Both the position numbers and the translations under genes were made by a program. From Schmidtea polychroa (lineage: Eukaryota), in NCBI GenBank assembly GCA_044892525.1, contig CM097886.1, positions 184,934,312-184,998,311 on the forward strand: a DNA stretch of 64,000 bases, given 5' to 3'. Of the stretch, positions 61,701 through 64,000 are shown in pieces; position 1 is the stretch's first letter, and each line of letters opens with the position of its first letter. Under the pieces are notes generated by a model. That model ran no database searches. It had not been told where the DNA came from and was given only the letters and a program-made list of their open reading frames with translations.

Positions 61701-64000
61701 GCTCTTGTTCCTGAGTGCCATCGCAGTGTAGATGATGTACTCACCGTCACCGCACACCACCACAAATTTGCCGTTGGCATTGTGAGCGATTGTTTGCGGG
61801 TAGATCTCACAGGATCCCAGCTCCTTGGGATTGAGCGGAACGCGATCCCCGTCCTGGCATCAAATATTGATTCAAATTTATCTCAGTTTTCATTTTCTTA
61901 ACTTTTACTTCTTAATATTTTACCTAATCTCATTATTTTCATTATTTCTTACCTTTTCTATTTATTTTGCATTTTATTTTACTTTTGATTATTTTTAATA
62001 AAATTAATTTTATTTAACAATTTCACCATTTACATTTCATTTTTATTTACTTTTACTTTTAAATTTTTTTTAACTATTTTCACTTTTTATATTTATTCTC
62101 ACTTTTTTCAATTTTAAATTGTTTCTTTAATTTAATTTTTAATTTAATATTTTTTTATTTTCTTATCTTTTATTTACTTTTTTAAATTGTAACTTATTTT
62201 TAAAAAATTAAATATTTTATATTTTTACATTTTTATTTTTCTTTCTTATTTTTTTACTTTTTCTAACTTTTTAAAATCTTATTTCAAAAATTTAATTTTT
62301 GTTATTCTTACCTTTTTATTTTTTATTTTATAATTTTTTTATTTTCATCTATTTTGAATTTTAAATTATTATTTTTTTAATTTAATTTTTTTTATTTTTA
62401 CCTGTTGATTTTCATTTTCTTATCTTTTTATTTACTTTTTAAAAATTATAACTTATTATTTTTAAAAAATTTAATTTTTTATATTTTTACATTTTAATTT
62501 TTCTCTTATCTTTTTATTTTTTTTAAATCTTATTTCAAAAATTTAATTTTTGTTATTCTTAAATTTTTATTTTCATCTTTGTTTCAATTTTAAATTATTA
62601 CTTTTTTAATTTAATTTTTGTTATTTTTACCTGTTTATTTTTATTTTCTTATCTTTTTATTTACTTTTGTAAATTGTAACTTATTTTTTAAAAATTAAAT
62701 TTTTTATATTTTTACATTTTTATTTTTCTTTCTTATCTTTTTACTTTTTCTAACTTTTTAAAATCTTATTTCAAAAATTTAATTTTTGTTATTCTTACCT
62801 TTTTATTTACTTTTTATTTTGAATTTTAAATTACTATTTTTTTAATTTAATTTTTTTTACCTGTTGATTTTTATTTTCTTATCTTTTTATTTACTTTTTG
62901 AAAATTGTAACTTAGTATTTTTAAAAAATATAATTTTTTATATTTTTACATTTTAATTTTTCTCTCATCTTTTTATTTTTTTTAAATCTTATTTCAAAAA
63001 TTTAATTTTTGTTATTCTTAACTTTTTTTTTTTTTTAACTTTATATTTACTTTTTATTTTGAAATTTTTTATTTTTATTTTTATATTTTTACCTTTTTAT
63101 TTTTCTTTCTTGTAAGTTTCTGTTTACTTTTTTAAACTTTTTATTTTAACTTTTTTAAATCTTATTTCAAAAATTTAATTTTTACTATTCTTACCTTTTA
63201 ATTTTGATTTATTTTCATCTTTATTTCAATTTTAAATTATTTATTTAATTTAATTTTGGTTATTTTTCCCTGTTTATTTTTATTTTCTTATCTTTATATT
63301 TACTTTTTATTTTGAAATTTTTTATCTTTATTTTTTAACTTTTTATTTAGAGATATTATTGATATTGATTACAGCAGAAATCCTACCTGGATATCGCCCA
63401 TTTCCCCTCCGAGCGCCTTGATATTGGCTTGCTGTAAATCTGCGTGGCGAGCAAATATCATCTTACCGTTGACATCCATGCTCATTGCAGGCTCCTCTCG
63501 CCCCAACTTAATCACAATTGAGCCTTCATCGTAGCCAATAGCGATAGAATTGGAGCGCTTCAAGCAAGCCAAGCTCCATACGCGTTCCAGGCCGTAATTA
63601 AGAGTGGTTTCCAACCGGTACGTGTTAGCGTGCCATACCCGAATGGTGCCATCCTCAGACCCAGTGATAATGATTGGCAATTCAGGATGAAATGAAACAG
63701 CGCTGCAATATGATAGAATCATTAGTCACACCCCTTATTATTGATAAACCGCAAAGTTCCACCTGATATTTTGGGCGTGGCCGTCGAGTGTGTGAACGCA
63801 GGTTTTTGTCTGATAATCCCAAATTTTCACCAGCCTATCATCGGCACCGGACACCAAATACGGCTTGTCCCCTCCCGAATAATAGTCAATACAATTGACA
63901 CCCTTTTCGTGTCCTTCCATTGTGAAATTTGCAATTCCTGAACCCAAATTCCACACTTTGATAGTTTTGTCTAAGCTAGCCGATGCAAAAGTGTTGTTAT
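58746..64000 (-). CDS. COPB2: Coatomer subunit beta' (5' end beyond window); exons 64000-63763, 63702-63387, 61853-61620, 61455-61159, 60545-60342, 60277-59996, 59568-59176, 59054-58746
   Basis: [42 protein letters not shown] and [10 protein letters not shown] are near-identical to recalled beta'-COP. All seven introns are GT-AG and preserve frame. Confidence 0.97.
59580..59990. repeat. AATC-based minisatellite (about 23-mer AATCAATCAAATATCAATCAGCC) filling COPB2 intron 59569-59995
   Basis: Directly visible. Confidence 0.9.
60550..61130. repeat. 27-30 bp minisatellite (AATCAATAAATATCGATAATATATGATCA) filling COPB2 intron 60546-61158
   Basis: About 20 tandem units, each with an ATCGAT palindrome. 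Confidence 0.92.
61880..63350. repeat. T-rich low-complexity array with internal repeats of about 240 bp in COPB2 intron 61854-63386
   Basis: AAATCTTATTTCAAAAATTTAATTTTT recurs at about 62275, 62525, 62760, 62985 and 63157; very few G on the + strand. Confidence 0.8.

Overview
Eukaryotic, very AT-rich draft scaffold with 13 N-gaps; the X-filled ORFs in the track are gap artefacts. The source is probably a ciliated invertebrate: it has short 45-65 nt GT-AG introns, a WDR97 orthologue and many DNA transposons. A planarian-like animal is a guess, not shown. Two host genes can be reconstructed: WDR97 (+, 5 exons, 42590-53998, about 1504 aa) and the 3' part of COPB2/beta'-COP (-, 8 exons, 58746 to window end). 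The rest is a mobile-element and repeat landscape: a 1.75-kb deleted hAT with 8-bp TSD, two hAT MITEs, a piggyBac-type MITE, Tc1 and mariner relics, a hATm-like fragment, LTR-like segments, two foldback families, a 159-bp satellite, several minisatellites, and CSTF3 and actin pseudogenes. Two observations stand out. (1) Three minimal type I hammerhead ribozyme motifs of the Penelope-like-element kind are present, two of them forming the arms of a 220-bp hairpin at 856-1075. (2) An unrecognised three-exon gene for a predicted 108-aa single-pass glycoprotein is present in three copies, two of them convergent in a large inverted repeat with TATA-like minisatellites upstream. All homology calls are from recalled family motifs, and GC figures are by-eye estimates; no search was run.
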